Shown: positions 18,459-32,738, numbered from the stretch's first letter. The stretch is DNA of 64,000 nt from Paraspadella gotoi (GCA_051294375.1 CM119267.1:5566750-5630749), one strand, 5' to 3'. The notes: generated by a model not told the origin, from the letters alone. Program-made: numbers and translations.

Positions 18459-18593
18459 ACAAACTAATAGGCAAGTTATAAAGCGTTTTTAACGTAAGTG
18501 GACAGGACCAATGACGACGGATCGGACCGACGGACGCCGACCGACCGAAAAGTGACTTATACAGTTGCTCCGCGAGTACTCGCGGCGCAACTA
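18459..18593 (-). mobile_element. HINE-like copy (5' part); mirror of 24708-24839 within the inverted duplication
   Basis: agttgctccgcgagtactcgcggcgcaactaaaaaaa plus (GACC)n microsatellite. Confidence 0.7.
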
Positions 18594-19689
18594 AAAAAAG
18601 AAGAGAAAAACTCATTAGAGAAATTTACGATTATTGTGAAATCGACTAAAACGGCGAAGTTTCGTGCAGACTGTAGACGAGGGTTTGAGTCTGGGTGAAA
18701 GTTTTGAGTCCATGCGCCCCTTTTTTTTCCTTTTTTTCCCTTTTTTTAAATTTGTTGTCATCTTCTTTCCTTTTTCTTTCTTTTTTCCTGTCTTGCTTTT
18801 TCTCTTTTATTTTCTATTACCACTTTCTTCTTCTTCCGCTCAATTCGAATTTTTTGGTTATATTATCTCACTTCCTTTCCTTTCTTATTTTTCTTTTCTC
18901 ATCTTCTCTTTTACTTCTTTAATATTCTACTACTTTTTCTCATTTTTTTCTTATTTGCCTGTGTTACTCTTCTCTTTTTCACCTCTATTCCCTTCTCTTT
19001 CCTTCACCTTCCTTCTCTCTTCTCTCCAGACATCCTCCCCTCTTCCCTTCTCTTCTCTTTCCCTTCCTTTCCTTTCTCTCTCCCCCCTTTCCCAACTCTA
19101 TACATCAATATCAAATCAGTGGTTCCCCGCCTCGAAATTACATTTTAATCTTCGCGCCGAAAAACTTCTCCGACTCACCGCGAAAACCGGATTCTCGTTG
19201 TCGAGTCTGCATTTTCTAAAACTTATTCTTCATCCGTAGTTGAAAGAAGGAGGAATGACTAATTTTGACTCCCAGAGTCAGGCGAAGACGTTGTCTGGGA
19301 CGGTTAGTTGGGATCCTAGACTTATCTTTTTAGTCGCGCCTACGAAAGATTTTTCTTGATCAATCAAATCAATCAATCAATAAAAATTATAATTGACTTT
19401 TGCGGAGCTAAAAAAAAAGCATAATGGATTTTCGAGCCGGAACGAACTTTCAATCTGAAAACTACGGTGAGATGCCATCATTTTCACTGCAGATTCGACG
19501 TTCCAATGAAAAGTGATTCAACGTCGATGGTGTCTGTAATTTAAAAAGCGGATGACTTTACTTCTCCTTCTGTCAAATTCTTTTTCGTCGCTGTTAGACT
19601 TTCTTTCTTTCTTATTCTTATTTTTCTTTTTTTTTCGCCCATGGCCCTTATTTTCGCTTGGAACTGATTTTTCGCATTTTTTTCCCGCT

Positions 19690-20105
19690 TAGCCTTTCGC
19701 TCTTTCGCCCCTAGCTCTTCAACCTTTCCGCCCTTCTCACTTCGCCTTTCGCCTTTCGCTTTCGCTTAACGCTCTTCGTCTTTCGCAGTTCGCCTTTCGG
19801 CTTTAAACTTTTGGGTCCTTTTTCTCTTTGCCTATATGCCTTCGCCTTTCGACTTTTGCATAACGCCATTCGCCTTACGCCTTTTCATCTTTCTCGAGTT
19901 TGTCTTTTGCTTTAATCTTTCGATCTTTTGCCCTTTCCTATATTGCCTTCTCGCCTTCTCGCCTCTCCCGCCGTTCCGCATATCGCCTTTCTCCTTTCGC
20001 CTTCGCTTTTCGCCTTAGCTTGTTCGTCGTTCGCATTTTCGCCTTTCGCCCTTTCGCCTTTAATCTTTCCGCCTTTCGCTTTCACTCTTCATCCCTTCGC
20101 CCTTT
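19690..20105 (+). repeat. Degenerate 7-bp (TTCGCCT)n array; mirrored at ~23240-23650
   Basis: Repeated ttcgcct/tttcgcc units. Confidence 0.85.
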
Positions 20106-21264
20106 CATCTCTGGTTTCTTTCCACTACCCTCTTTCCTTCTTTTGTCACTCTCTCTTCACTCTCACAATCTTCTTTGTTATTTTCTTTTTTTTAATCTTT
20201 CCCTTTTCTTTTCCTTTCGTTTTCAACTTTGACCTTCACCCTTCCTGTCTTTTTTTTAACTTCACCCTTTCTTCCCACAGTTTTTCATTCTCATATTTTC
20301 CTAACCTCCTGTTTTTTTTTTTTTTTAAATTTCTCTCTTCTTCCTTATTCCTTCTCCTTCATTCCTCACTCTCTCTCCCTCTCTCTCTTTCCCCATCCGA
20401 CTCATTGATAATTCCCTCGGGAGAAAAGATTCACATTTCACATCCTTTTGATTTCACATTCACCATCACGGTTTTTTGCCTTCTTTTACCCTTTCTCTCT
20501 TTTCCTCCCTTTTCCTTTCTGTTCCTCCCTTTTCTTTCATCTCCGTTCCTCTCTTTCCTGCCATACCTTTTCTATCCGTTCTCTCCTTTCTTTTCTAACC
20601 TTCTCTCTTATTCCTCCCTTTTTCTTTCTCTCTTTTCCTCCCATTCTTTCCTCTCCGTTTCCTCTCCTTTCTTTTCTCCCTTGCCTCTCTTATTCCTCCC
20701 TTTTCTTTTCTCTCTTTTTCCTCATTCCTTCCCTCTCTGTTCCTCTCGCTTTCTTTTCTCCCTTTCCTCTCTTTTCCTCCCTTTTCTTTTACTCCCTTTC
20801 TGTTTCCTTTTCTCGCTTTCCTCTCTCTCCCCCTCTTTTCCTTGCCCTTGTGACTGTAAAAGCCAAAACGGCGGAACGAAGCATCACGCGAACTGGAATC
20901 GACAAACAACGACAACGAACACAAACAACGGACAACGCGAATTCACACCGAACAAAACTGTATATATTTATTTTTCCCTCTTTTTTCCTTCGTCCTTCTG
21001 AACAGCTCGACGGACCGTAGCTGAAGGCAATAAAAAAAATACCGATTCTGTTGTATATAAACAAACCATAACAAAAACAACATAAAAAACACAAACAGAA
21101 GGATAACTCGTCGCTGATGAGACTCTCTCGACGCCGGGCGATGCCGGACGGCGCCCGGATGACGCCGACAATCGACGCCGCTCTCGTGAAATCGGCGCGG
21201 CGACTCAGCACTTAATGCATGTTGTAAAAACCGCGGGTGTGCCTGAGAGAAGAAAATCAATCTA

Positions 21265-21356
<92 letters not shown>

Positions 21357-21609
21357 GTTATCGATGTTAAGTCGTCACCTTTAACCTCGCCACCTTTCCC
21401 TCCACCTCGACCGTATGTGCCATTGCCGAATTGCGATCGTTTGGGATCCCTTGTCTTGAGATATGCTCCTCGTCTGTTGGCATGCCTTTAGCTTGCTTTA
21501 CTTTTCCCTGTTTGTAAGCATAATTCCGTAGTGTCCGTCGGCTTAATCTTGGTTTTTGTCGTTGTCTGTTGTCTTTTTAGTTTGAGTTAATTTCCTCGTT
21601 CTCTCTCTC

Positions 21610-21690
<81 letters not shown>

Positions 21691-22002
21691 CCTCAAATCT
21701 CTTCACTTCACAACATTTTATTTTTTCCTCTCGTTTCTTTTCCTCACTTACAATTCCAGTTCCCCCCCCCCGCCCCCTCGCCTCTTCACANNNNNNNNNN
21801 NNNNNNNNNNNNNNNACAAAAAACAGAGTTAACGACGGGACACGGAATTATGCTTACAACAGGGAAAAAGAAAGCAAGCTAAAGGCATGCCAAAGACGAG
21901 GAGCATACTCAAGACAAGGGATCCCAAACGATCGGCAATTCGGCATGGCACGGTCGAGGTGAGGGAAAGGTGCGAGGTTAAAGGTGACACTAACATCGAT
22001 AC

Positions 22003-22100
<98 letters not shown>

Positions 22101-24707
22101 ATTTTCTTCTCTCGGGAACCCGCGGTTTTTACAACATGCATTAAGTCTGAGTCGCCGGCGCCGATTCCTCGAGACGCGGCGTCGATTGTCGGCGTCATCC
22201 GGCGCCGTCCGGCATCGCCCGGCGTCGACGAGAGTCTCATCAGCGACGAGTTATCACTTCTGTTTGTGTTTTTTATTGTTGTTTTTGTTATGGTTTGTTT
22301 ATATACACAGAATCGGTATTTTTTATTGCTCAGCTACGGTCCGTCGAGCTGTTCGAAGGACGAAGGAAAAGAGGGAAAAAAATATATACAGTTTGTTCGG
22401 TGTGAATTCGCGTTGTCGTTGTTGTTGTCGTTGTCGTTGTTGTCGATTCCCGAGTTCGCGTGATGCTTCGTTCCGCCGTTTTGGCTTTTACAGTCACAAG
22501 GGCAAGGAAAGAGGGGGAGAGAGAGGAAAGAGAGGAAAAGGAGAAAAGGGAGTAAAGAAAAGGGAGGAAAAGAGAGGAAAGGGAGAAAAGAAAGGAGAGG
22601 AACAGAGAGGAAAGGAATGGGAGGAAAAGAGAGAAAAGAAAAGGGAGGAAAAGAGAGCAAAGGGAGAAAAGAAAGGAGAGGAACGGAGAGGAAAGGAATG
22701 GGAGGAAAAGAGAGAAAAGAAAAGGGAGGAAAAGAGAGCAAAGGTAGAAAAGAAAGGAGAGGAACGGATAGAAAAGGTATGGCAGGAAAAGAGAGGAACG
22801 GAGATGAAAGAAAAGGGAGGAACAGAAAGGAAAAGGGAGGAAAAGAGAGAAAGGGTAAAAGAAGGCAAAAAACCGTGATGGTGAATGTGAAATCAAAAGG
22901 ATGTGAAATGTGAATCTTTTCTCCCGAGGGAATTATCAATGAGTCGGATGGGGAAAGAGAGAGAGGGAGAGAGAGTGAGGAATGAAGGAGAAGGAATAAG
23001 GAAGAAGAGAGAAATTTAAAAAAAAAAAAAAACAGGAGGTTAGGAAAATATGAGAATGAAAAACTGTGGGAAGAAAGGGTGAAGTTAAAAAAAAGACAGG
23101 AAGGGTGAAGGTCAAAGTTGAAAACGAAAGGAAAAGAAAAGGGAAAGATTAAAAAAAAGAAAATAACAAAGAAGATTGTGAGAGTGAAGAGAGAGTGACA
23201 AAAGAAGGAAAGAGGGTAGTGGAAAGAAACCAGAGATGAAAGGGCGAAGGGATGAAGAGTGAAAGCGAAAGGCGGAAAGATTAAAGGCGAAAGGCGAAAG
23301 GCGAAATGCGAACGACGAACAGCGTAAGGCGAAAAGCGAAAGGCGAAAGGAGAAAGGCGATATGCGGAAGGCGAGAGGCGAGAGGCGAGAGGCAATAGGA
23401 AAAGGGCAAAAGACGAAAGATTAAAGGCAAAAGACAAACTGAGAAAGATGAAAAGCGTAAGGCGAATGGCGTTATGCAAAAGTCGAAAGGCGAAAGGCAA
23501 TAGGCAAAGAGAAAAAGACAAAAGTTTAAAGCCGAAAGGCGAACTGCGAAAGACGAAGAGCGTAAGACGAAAGGCGAAAGGCGAAAGGCGAAGTGAGAAG
23601 GGCGAAAGGTGAAGAGCTAGGGGCGAAAGACGAAAGGCTAACGGAAAAAATGCGAAAATCAGTTTCCAAGCGAAAATAAGGGCCATGGGCGAAAAAAAAA
23701 GAAACAAAATAAGAATAAGAAAAAAGAAAGTCTAACAGCGACGAAAAAGAATTTGAACAGAGGAGAAGTAAAAGTCAATCCGCTTTTTAAATTACACCAT
23801 CGACGTTGAATCACTTTTTCATTCGAACGTCGAATCTCACGTGAAATGATGCATCTCACCGTAGTTCAGATTGAAAGTTCGTTCACCTCGAAAATCCATT
23901 TTGCTTTTTTTTAGCTCCGCAAAAGTCAATTATAATTTTTATTGATTGATTGATTGATTGACAGAAAATCTTTCGTAGGCGCGACTAAAAAAGATAAGTC
24001 TAGGATCCCAACTAAACCCGGTCCCAGACAACGTCTTCGCTGACTCTGGGAGTCAAAATTAGTCATTCCTCTTCTTTCAACTACGGATGAAGAATAAGTT
24101 TTAGAAATCAGACTCGACCGAGAATCCGGTTTTCCGGAGTCGGAGAGTTTTCGAGCGCGAAGATTAAATGTAATTTCGAGGCGGGGAACCACTGATTGAA
24201 TTGATGTATAGAGTTGGGAAAGGGGGGAGAGAGAAGGAAAGGAAGGGAAAGAGAAGAGAAGGGAAAAGAGGGGAGGAGATGTCTGGAGAGAAGAGAGAAG
24301 GAAGGTGAAGGAAAGAGAAGGGAATAGAGGTGAAAAAGAGAAGAGAACACAGGCAAATAGAAAAAAAAAGAGAAAAGAGTAGAATATTAAAGAGTAAAAG
24401 AGAAGATGAGAAAAGAAAAAATAAGAAAGGGAAAGGAAGTGAGATAATATAACCAAAAAATTCGAATTGAGCGGAAGAGAAGAAAAGTGTAATAGAAAAT
24501 AAAAGAAGAAAAAGACAAGACAGGAAAAAAGAAAGAAAAAGGAAAGAGATGACAACAAATTTAAAAAAAAGGAAAAAAAGGAAAAAAAAGGGGCGCATAG
24601 GACTCAACTTTCACCCAGACTCAAACCCTCGTCTACAGTCTGCACGAAACTTCGCGTTTATCGATTCCATAATCGTAATTTCTCTATGAGTTTTTCTCTC
24701 TTTTTTT

Positions 24708-24967
24708 AGTTGCGCCGCGAGTACTCGCGGAGCAACTGTATAAGTCACTTTTCGGTCGGTCGGTCCGTCGGTCGATCCGTCGGTCCATTGGTCTGTCCCA
24801 CTTACGTTAAAAACGCTTATAACTTGCCTATAGTTTGTTGCTCATTTGTTAAAAATAAAATCTAAGAGACTACTGGCGCCGTCTTTTGTTTTTAAATAAA
24901 TCATATAAACTATAAGGAATAAATGATATGATAAGTAAAAATAAAAGTAATGCGGCGCAACACCTTG
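24708..24967 (+). mobile_element. Complete HINE/DINE-1-like non-autonomous Helentron
   Basis: Order: T-run | AGTTGCGCCGC subTIR, GAGTACTC, GCGGAGCAACT (inverted copy forming a 5' hairpin), (GGTC)n microsatellite, conserved core, 3' subTIR GCGGCGCAAC (24952-24961), ACCTTG | T-run. No TSD other than the T-run. Confidence 0.8.
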
Positions 24968-26307
24968 TTTTTTTATTCTTCTCTTTCTTTTTTACTTTGG
25001 CTTAGCTATCAAAAACAATATGGTTGAACATGAGGGGAAAAAAACAGTTCTTTTCGTGGGAAAGTAAAAAAACAGAGATGAGCTGGAATCTCTGAAGATG
25101 ATGTTGACAACGATTGTGGTAAAAAGAGTCTCTCGGGGAGAAGCGAATATAACGCCGGGGGGGCAAAGCAGAATTACTGAGCGGGAATGGGCTGAAGAAA
25201 AAAAAAGTAAAAGATGCTAACGATGTTTTAAAGAAACGAGAAAATAAAAGGAAGAGATCGTCAGGAAACTAGACGGACAAAAAAAAAACAAAAACAGGAC
25301 ACGGATGTACGGAAAATAAAAATAAAAACCTTAGAAAATGAAGGCCGATGCCAGGAAACGAAAGTAAAAAGCGTTGAAAAAAAATATTACCGGGCGATGA
25401 AACCAAAAATAGCGGAAAAAAAAGTAGAAGCCGAAAATAATGTTGGGATTAAGTAAAGGGAAAAAAACCGTCAGGACGAATTGGAGAAATAAACGGAATT
25501 TTTTTTTTGGTTTAAAGGAGGAAAAAGAAAAAAAGGAGAGTAAAAAGGAAAAAAAGGAGAGGAAAAAAGGGATATTAATCCGAAAAAGGAAAGGATCAAC
25601 GTCCTGCGCCTGAGAAGAGACGAAGAAAATGAGTTGGAGAAATGAGAGGCGAGTCTCCATGCCAAATTTATAAAAAAAAATTACTAGTTTTCTAAAATGT
25701 ACGAAATATACATATGTAAAATGTACGAATTTGAGGTGCTGAATGAATGAGAAAGAAAACGTTAGCAATTTTCTTTTCTTTCAACGATCACGACGAAACT
25801 TAAATCTCTCAATTAAAAAAATAATAATTTTTTGTTTCAAAATTGTTCAAAACTATTTAAAGTATAACCAGTAATCCGTTTAATGTCACGTGTACATATA
25901 AGCTAGATGAGAATAATCTGTCGAAAAAAGGGAGCTCAAGGAATCCCAATAAGTGTGGCCACGATTCGTCAGAAAAAAGAAATATAAAGTATTAGACCAG
26001 GAAGATTTTTTTAAAACAAAATATTAGACATAACGCGAGAAAAAATAAGCGAAAAAAAAATGTAAAGGAAAAAAAACGAGTATTTTGCTTCGCGGTTTCT
26101 AATTACCGACTTTTTCTTTCTCGTGGACGAAAAAAGTTGGTCGAATGTTTTTGATTAGATTTTTCTTTTCTTTTTTCTTTTTTTATTTTTTTTTTTAGTT
26201 CGTTTTCTTTCTTTATTTTTTCTTTGTTTGTTTGTTTTTGTCGAAAGGAAGAAAAAAAATGGAAGTTTTAAGGTCGAGCGGTCGACGTTGAAGAAGGGAA
26301 TGAGAAT

Positions 26308-26363
<56 letters not shown>

Positions 26364-26686
26364 GAGAGAGAGAGAAGAGAAAAGGCGAGAGAGAGAGAGA
26401 GAGAAGAGAGAGAGAGAACGAGCGAGAAGAGAGAGAGAGAGAAGAGAGGGAAGAAAACCTTTTTTTTCCGCGACTGACGATAATGGAATTTTTTGCTCTA
26501 AGGTCGTAAATTAGAACAAAACGAATGAAACATCGGAAAAGAGAGGAAAGAAAAAAAAAAAGATGGGAGAAAAAAAAAGGAGGAAAAAAAAAGAAAAGAG
26601 AAACAAATAAAGAAGACGAAACAACACGGAAACGAAGAAGGGGTGAGTCGATAGAAGAAAGGAAAAGAATGATTAGGATATAAAGA

Positions 26687-26735
<49 letters not shown>

Positions 26736-27668
26736 GAAAAGAAGAGAGTTGGCCAATGAGTTTCAATGTCAGAAGCGATGCCAGACTCCAACGAGAGAAC
26801 GATATGAGGAAGGAGGAGGAGGAGGAGGAGAAAAGAGAGGAAGAAAGGAGGAGGAAAGTCGCGAATGAGAGAGAGAGAGAGTGAGAGAGAGAGAGAGAGA
26901 ACGAGAGCTCGCTTGGAATACACGAAGAAGAAAGGGGAGGAAGAAGGAAGGGAGGAGGAAGAGAGGAAGATGAGAGGAAGGAGGAATTAAAGGTCTAAAA
27001 AAAGGAAAGGGAGGAAAAGAAAAGAAAGAAACGTAAGAAGAAAAAAATAAGAAAATTAAAGAGACAAGAGAAAAGGATGTAATAAGAAAGAGAAGAAACC
27101 CCAGGATGTAATTGGAGAAGACCTGACGGTCGACGCTAAGGAAAAAAAATTGAAGGGGAATTGATACGAAATGAAGCCAGGAACCGGATGTAAGGGGAAA
27201 AAAGGATTATCCGGGGAGGGGGGTGGTAGAAGAAAGGAAAAAGAAAGAAAAAGGGAAAAGACAACGAACGAACTGACGACAATGAAGATGAAAATTACGA
27301 TGTGGACAATGTTGTAAAAGTGATCCGAGCGAAAAATGGAACGAATTTATTTTTTTTTCTCTTCTCTTCTTCCTCCATTTTTCTTCCTTCTTTTTTTAGG
27401 GGGTTGGTGGGCGTGGCTGCACGTTTGAAGGGTCTTCACGCGCGACGACTTACTTCGGCGCAATTTGTCGTCGACTTTGAAAAATGCGCGGGAAAAAACT
27501 TCTTTTTTTAAAATTCTTTTATTCGATCTTTCGATACTCGTTTCAATTTTGCCTTTTTTTTTCTCTCCCGTTTTTTTTTCATATTTTTATCAATGTTACT
27601 TTTTCCTCTAGTTTTTTAATATTACTCAGTAGAGAAAATATTATATTGTCACAACGAATTTATTAGTA

Positions 27669-27718
27669 ATAAACAAACATGTATCGAACCGGGATTTCTG
27701 TTCTTCGTCAGTGCATAA
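27669..27718 (-). ncRNA. Degenerate minimal type I hammerhead ribozyme motif (Penelope-like LTR relic)
   Basis: Minus strand: TTATGCA CTGACGA A GAAC agaaatcccg GTTC GAtA CATG TT TGTTTA. It has a 4-bp stem II, a palindromic CATG loop III, a partial stem I and a downstream AATAAA, with one core substitution (GAAA to GATA). Confidence 0.55.
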
Positions 27719-27762
27719 GTGTAACTGTGAAGTGCAAAATTGATTTAGTACAAACTGAGTGA

Positions 27763-27808
<46 letters not shown>

Positions 27809-28190
27809 TTTGTTGCGCAACACATTGGATGAACCGATCTTGTTTTAATTCCACTTATATGTTTCTCCCTTCGTTTTTGTATATTTTTTTATTATCAGAA
27901 ATTAATTTTATATTTTTTCCGTCCTTTGTTTACAATTTTCATTTTTCTGTATCTTTAAATTTCCTTCCTTTGGCTCGGTCTTATTTTTCGCTCGCGCTAT
28001 TTTGTTTTTCTCCTATTTCTTTCTTTTTATTCATTTACTTTTTTTTCTCGGTTTTTCTACATTTTTTTTTCCGCTTCGAACTTACGTATTATCCGAAAAA
28101 AAAACAGAAACCCGACTTCTAAATCGGAAAAACAAAACGTTTTTTTTTCTGCGAGAAAATGGCGGTCATCATGATGATCATCGTCGTTAG

Positions 28191-28192
<2 letters not shown>

Positions 28193-28262
<70 letters not shown>
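28193..28262 (+). repeat. (CGT)n microsatellite
   Basis: Direct reading; many shorter GAC/CGT tracts occur across the window. Confidence 0.97.
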
Positions 28263-28264
<2 letters not shown>

Positions 28265-28860
28265 TTTTTTCCTTCCAGGAAACCCATTTAACTTACTTCC
28301 CGCAGCCGAACGGGAAAGTTCATTTTGTTCCGAGATCGTTTTTTCTTTCAGTCAGGACGGTCAGTGACTTTGATTCTACTTAGTACTTATATCAGTTCAG
28401 TTGTGGGATTCTGGATTATTTGCATATGATATAGACTATAATTTGACATTTTATAATAATCAAACTTAACGCTTTAAATTCGAGTTTAAACGAGATTCTA
28501 TTTTAAAATTCATTCAAAATTCAAGTAAATAACGAAATACTCTACAATTCAACTACTACTTAACTAAGAAATCTTTAAGCTTAAGTCTCGGACTTGATTT
28601 TATAGTAAATAAAAAATGCGTAAATGTTGCCATGGAGATTTCGTATCCTTGATTAATGTTTACCCTCCTCGCGCGTAACGAGAATTTTCGAGCATACAAA
28701 TTAGTACTCATGAAAAAAAGGTTTTTTTTTAAAAAAAGAATTTTCTTTCGTATTCGCTTCAAATTTGCTTATGGGTTTTTTAAAAATAAAATCTCACTTC
28801 CTTCAGCATAGTAATTAGTTTATTATGAACCTAATGCGTAGCTTAAGATTTGGTAACAAA

Positions 28861-29040
28861 TTTTAATATATATTTGTATATTTATATTTGTTTTCAGTAT
28901 TTTTTAAAATGTTAATATTAATAATAATATTAATATTAATTAAAACGTTATAAAATTTTCATATATATTTGTATATTTATATTTGTTTACAGTATTTTTT
29001 TTAAACGTTAATATTAATATTAATATTAATTAAAACATTT
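28861..29040 (+). repeat. ~95-bp AT-rich tandem duplication
   Basis: atatatatttgtatatttatatttgttt..cagtatttttt..gttaatattaat occurs twice. Confidence 0.85.
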
Positions 29041-31805
29041 TACTCCCTAACGGATGAAAAAAAGCTTATAGGAGATTTCGGCTTTTCTGAATAATTTTGT
29101 AATAAAGTAGATGAATAAAAGAAGAGAGGAAAAAAANNNNNNNNNNNNNNNNNNNNNNNNNNNNNNNNNNNNNNNNNNNNNNNNNNNNNNNNNNNNNNNN
29201 NNNNNNNNNNNNNNNNNNNNNNNNNNNNNNNNNNNNNNNNNNNNNNNNNNNNNNNNNNNNNNNNNNNNNNNNNNNNNNNNNNNNNNNNNNNNNNNNNNNN
29301 NNNNNNNNNNNNNNNNNNNNNNNNNNNNNNNNNNNNNNNNNNNNNNNNNNNNNNNNNNNNNNNNNNNNNNNNNNNNNNNNNNNNNNNNNNNNNNNNNNNN
29401 NNNNNNNNNNNNNNNNNNNNNNNNNNNNNNNNNNNNNNNNNNNNNNNNNNNNNNNNNNNNNNNNNNNNNNNNNNNNNNNNNNNNNNNNNNNNNNNNNNNN
29501 NNNNNNNNNNNNNNNNNNNNNNNNNNNNNNNACTCACGGCAATAAGCGACGACATTTGCGTTGAAGACAATTGTTGCTACCGGAATAAAAGTTTTATCTA
29601 AATAATTAAAATAACTTGAAAAGTTATAAAATAATGAAAATAATAATTAATAATTAAAAAAAGGTAATAAATTAACTTACATGGTATAATAATCTAGAAG
29701 AATAATAACAACGATAAAGACTTTTTGCTTAACCACGGAAAATTAGTTTCGTCAACTCGGCGAATGCAACGAGATTTTAATCATTAGTAATCCTGCTCGA
29801 GATGAACGTTGATTGGCGTTAATTTGCGTTAATCGAGCGATTATCACTTCGAGGAAAAAATACAGATCTCTTTCAATTTCGCGCGGATACCAAAGCGCGA
29901 AAAATCTTCCCAGTTGGCGAATCAAATCGTCGATGCCTATTCTGCTTCTATGGAGAATCAGATTCAGAGAAACAAACTCATCTTTTCGATATTTAAAGAA
30001 AATGAGGGAAACTTAGTTCCTATTTTATCTCTAATTAACTTTTTCTTGGTACTAATTAATTCGCGTGATTTGCTTAATTTTATCAATCTCTCCAGAGATA
30101 AGGTTATAAAGAACAAAATTTGGTTCTTTCCAATCGTTTTTTAATTGATATTAATTTAAATCTCTATCTGTCGAATGTAACAATGAAATTATTATATTAG
30201 GAGTTTGCGATATAAAATTACTTTTTTCGTTCAAAATTAGAACAATTAATGTTTCTTTTTTACTAATTCAATAAAAAGCACTCGAGAACAAAAGATAAGA
30301 GGAGGAATGAATCCGAGTACTCAGAGCTGTAAATTGGTATCCATCACCGAAGAGTGAAGAGTGAAGTGGCGTCTCTTTCACGACTCTCACGAGTTTCATC
30401 CTTCGATCACGTTTCACTAATTATTCTCACAGATGGATGAAGAGAAAATATGCGTCTCCTTTTAAACATTTAACGGACTAACTGACTGAAACTCATTGAG
30501 AAAAAAAATTACGTATGACACTAATGTCTGTTTATTGTCGAAGATCCTTTTCACTGATATGAAAATAAACTCTCATAAATTGTCATAGGCAGAGAAATGG
30601 ATTATAAATAGGCTATCCTCAATAGGCCATCACAAGAATAAATTAGAAGCGGAATTGACCAAAATTAAGAGATCCCGTTTCAATCTCGGTTATATTTGAG
30701 CATCCAGGCTTCGATTCGAGGTCGCGTCGACAGATTATCGAATGAAAAATAAAAAATAAATAATAAATTGTTGGAGGAATGAAAACAAAGGAAAGGAAAA
30801 GAAAAAGAAAGCGAAAGGCGCAAACGTGAAAGGAGTAAGATAAAGAAGGAAGGGAGAACGAAGACATAGAAAAGGAAGGAAAGGAAGAAATGGAAAATAA
30901 AAAAGAAATGACATTGGAACCACGAAAGAGGAAGGAAGAAAAGCGACAGAAGGAAAGTGGAATAAAAGAAAAAGGGGAGAGAGAAGAAAGGAAGTCCGAA
31001 GGAAGAGGAAAAGGAAAAAGGAAAAAAAATGGATCGACATTGGAAATAACGAAAATGAAGGAAAGAAAAAAAAAGAGAAGGAAAGGAAAGTTTAAAAAAA
31101 GGAAAGGAAGGAAGAAAAAGAGACGGAGGAGCACAGAAAGAGAGCGAAAGAGGAATCTTCGCCACTGATTTTTTATTCTAGATCACCGAACTGGAATAGC
31201 TTCCTGATGAAATTGGATGGAACAGAAAGGATCAAAGAAAAGCGGTGGGGGGACAGGGTCGGAAAAGTGGTGGGAGGAATGAAAATGTAGAAAGAAGGAG
31301 AGTGTAGAGGCGAATAAGAAAGAATAATTGAAATCTGAGTGGCCGGAGAAACACAAGAAGAAAGAACGCGAAGATACAAGGTTTATAGTTAAATAAAGGC
31401 AAAATAAGAGAAAGAGAGTGATACATGACAAAATATATGACACTAGAGAGAAAATGTAACAAATACAGGGAAAAGAAAGAATGAAGAAAGAGATTTAGAA
31501 AATGAGAGAAATGGGACCAAAAGAAAGAAGAGAAGACAGCGCAAAGAGAGAAAGAAAGAAAGAGAAAGAGAGAGAAAGAAAGAGAGAAAGAAAGAAAAAA
31601 AGTAAAGAAAGTAAAGAAAGAAAGAGAGAGGAGGAGAGAGAAAGTAGAAAAAAACCGAGAAAATAAAAAAGTAAATAAGAGAATAAAAATTCAAAACAAA
31701 ATCGAATCAATTAATATATAAAAGTCGTTTTGAGTAAAATAGAGAAAAACACAACTCCACTCTCGGTTACTCACTTTAACTCAGAGAGAGGACAAAACAC
31801 TACAA

Positions 31806-31819
31806 CCAGTAGGGGGCGG
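31806..31819 (+). promoter_or_regulatory. CTCF core motif match at the edge of a GC-rich island
   Basis: CCAGTAGGGGGCGG fits CCASYAGRKGGCRS. Motif match only. Confidence 0.4.
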
Positions 31820-32738
31820 GTCACGCCGACTTCAATTCGCCGTTCTAGCTCTGTGTTCACGGAGGATGAACTTGAGTCGTGGTGGAGCGCGGATAGAACA
31901 GAGAGGGGGCGCCGGGGCGGCGAACGGGGGGGTGGTGTGTGAACTCCGCACGGATTCGCCTGCCCTTAGATCGCTGCCATTTTTTGATTGATGTTTTCAA
32001 TTTTTTTATGAGCAGTCGCGATTTCATTTTCTTGCCCAGAGATTGCGATTTTCATTTTTTTTTCCTTGTCATTTTAAAGTTCTTATTATCTTTTTTTTTT
32101 CCTTTTTTCAAAATAAAAAAATAGATTCTTTCTCTGCTTTCTCGGACCGAGGGTATGAAATCTGGGAGGAGCGGGGCGGGGGCAAGTCGCGAAGAAGGAA
32201 ATGAGACCGCGCTTGGGGGGGGGGGCGGGTAGTGTAGGGGGAGGAGGACGCGCGCGAAGGATTAAAAGAACGATTTTGATCTGAAGATGCCGGTTTTTCC
32301 CTTTTTACTTTTCTTTTTTTTTTTCTCTCTCTGTTCCGGGACAGTAGAAGATCGCTTAAAGTGAGATTTTTATAAGGGAGCAAAAAATAGAAGACGCATA
32401 TAGGAGGACGAAGATACTTTAAATTCAAAAATGTTTTATTTGTCGTGGTTGACTAGGTACCATTTACTAAGTCGTGGATATGATTAAACACAAATCCTAA
32501 TGGCGATTTACTTTTTTTAATTCGCAAGAAAATCAGAATTTTGTCGCTAGAGGACCGAACTTCGGTCCTGTTAAATTCGGTTGAAATACTTTTAATGGCG
32601 GAGTAATGCGAAATGTATGATATTCGATTGGAAACGCGGAGTTTAATCAAAGAGAGAGACCAGAGAGAAGAAAAAAAGAGTGTGAGGACCGCACGCCGGA
32701 TTGTCATTTTGTGATTTTTTTTTTGCACCCCCGGCGAA

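Larger units (their letters stand above)
18459..24839. repeat. ~3.1 kb inverted duplication around a 25-N gap (arms ~18459-21559 and 21816-24839); probable assembly artefact
   Basis: For example 19300 ggttagttgggatcctagac versus 23998 gtctaggatcccaactaaacc. Differences are indel-type. N run at 21791-21815. Confidence 0.9.

Noticed and set aside
21114-21140. CTGATGA-GAC-tctc-GTC-GACG hammerhead-like string (clearer in the mirror at ~22222-22245)
   Set aside because: GAAA is replaced by GACG and no stem I or III forms.
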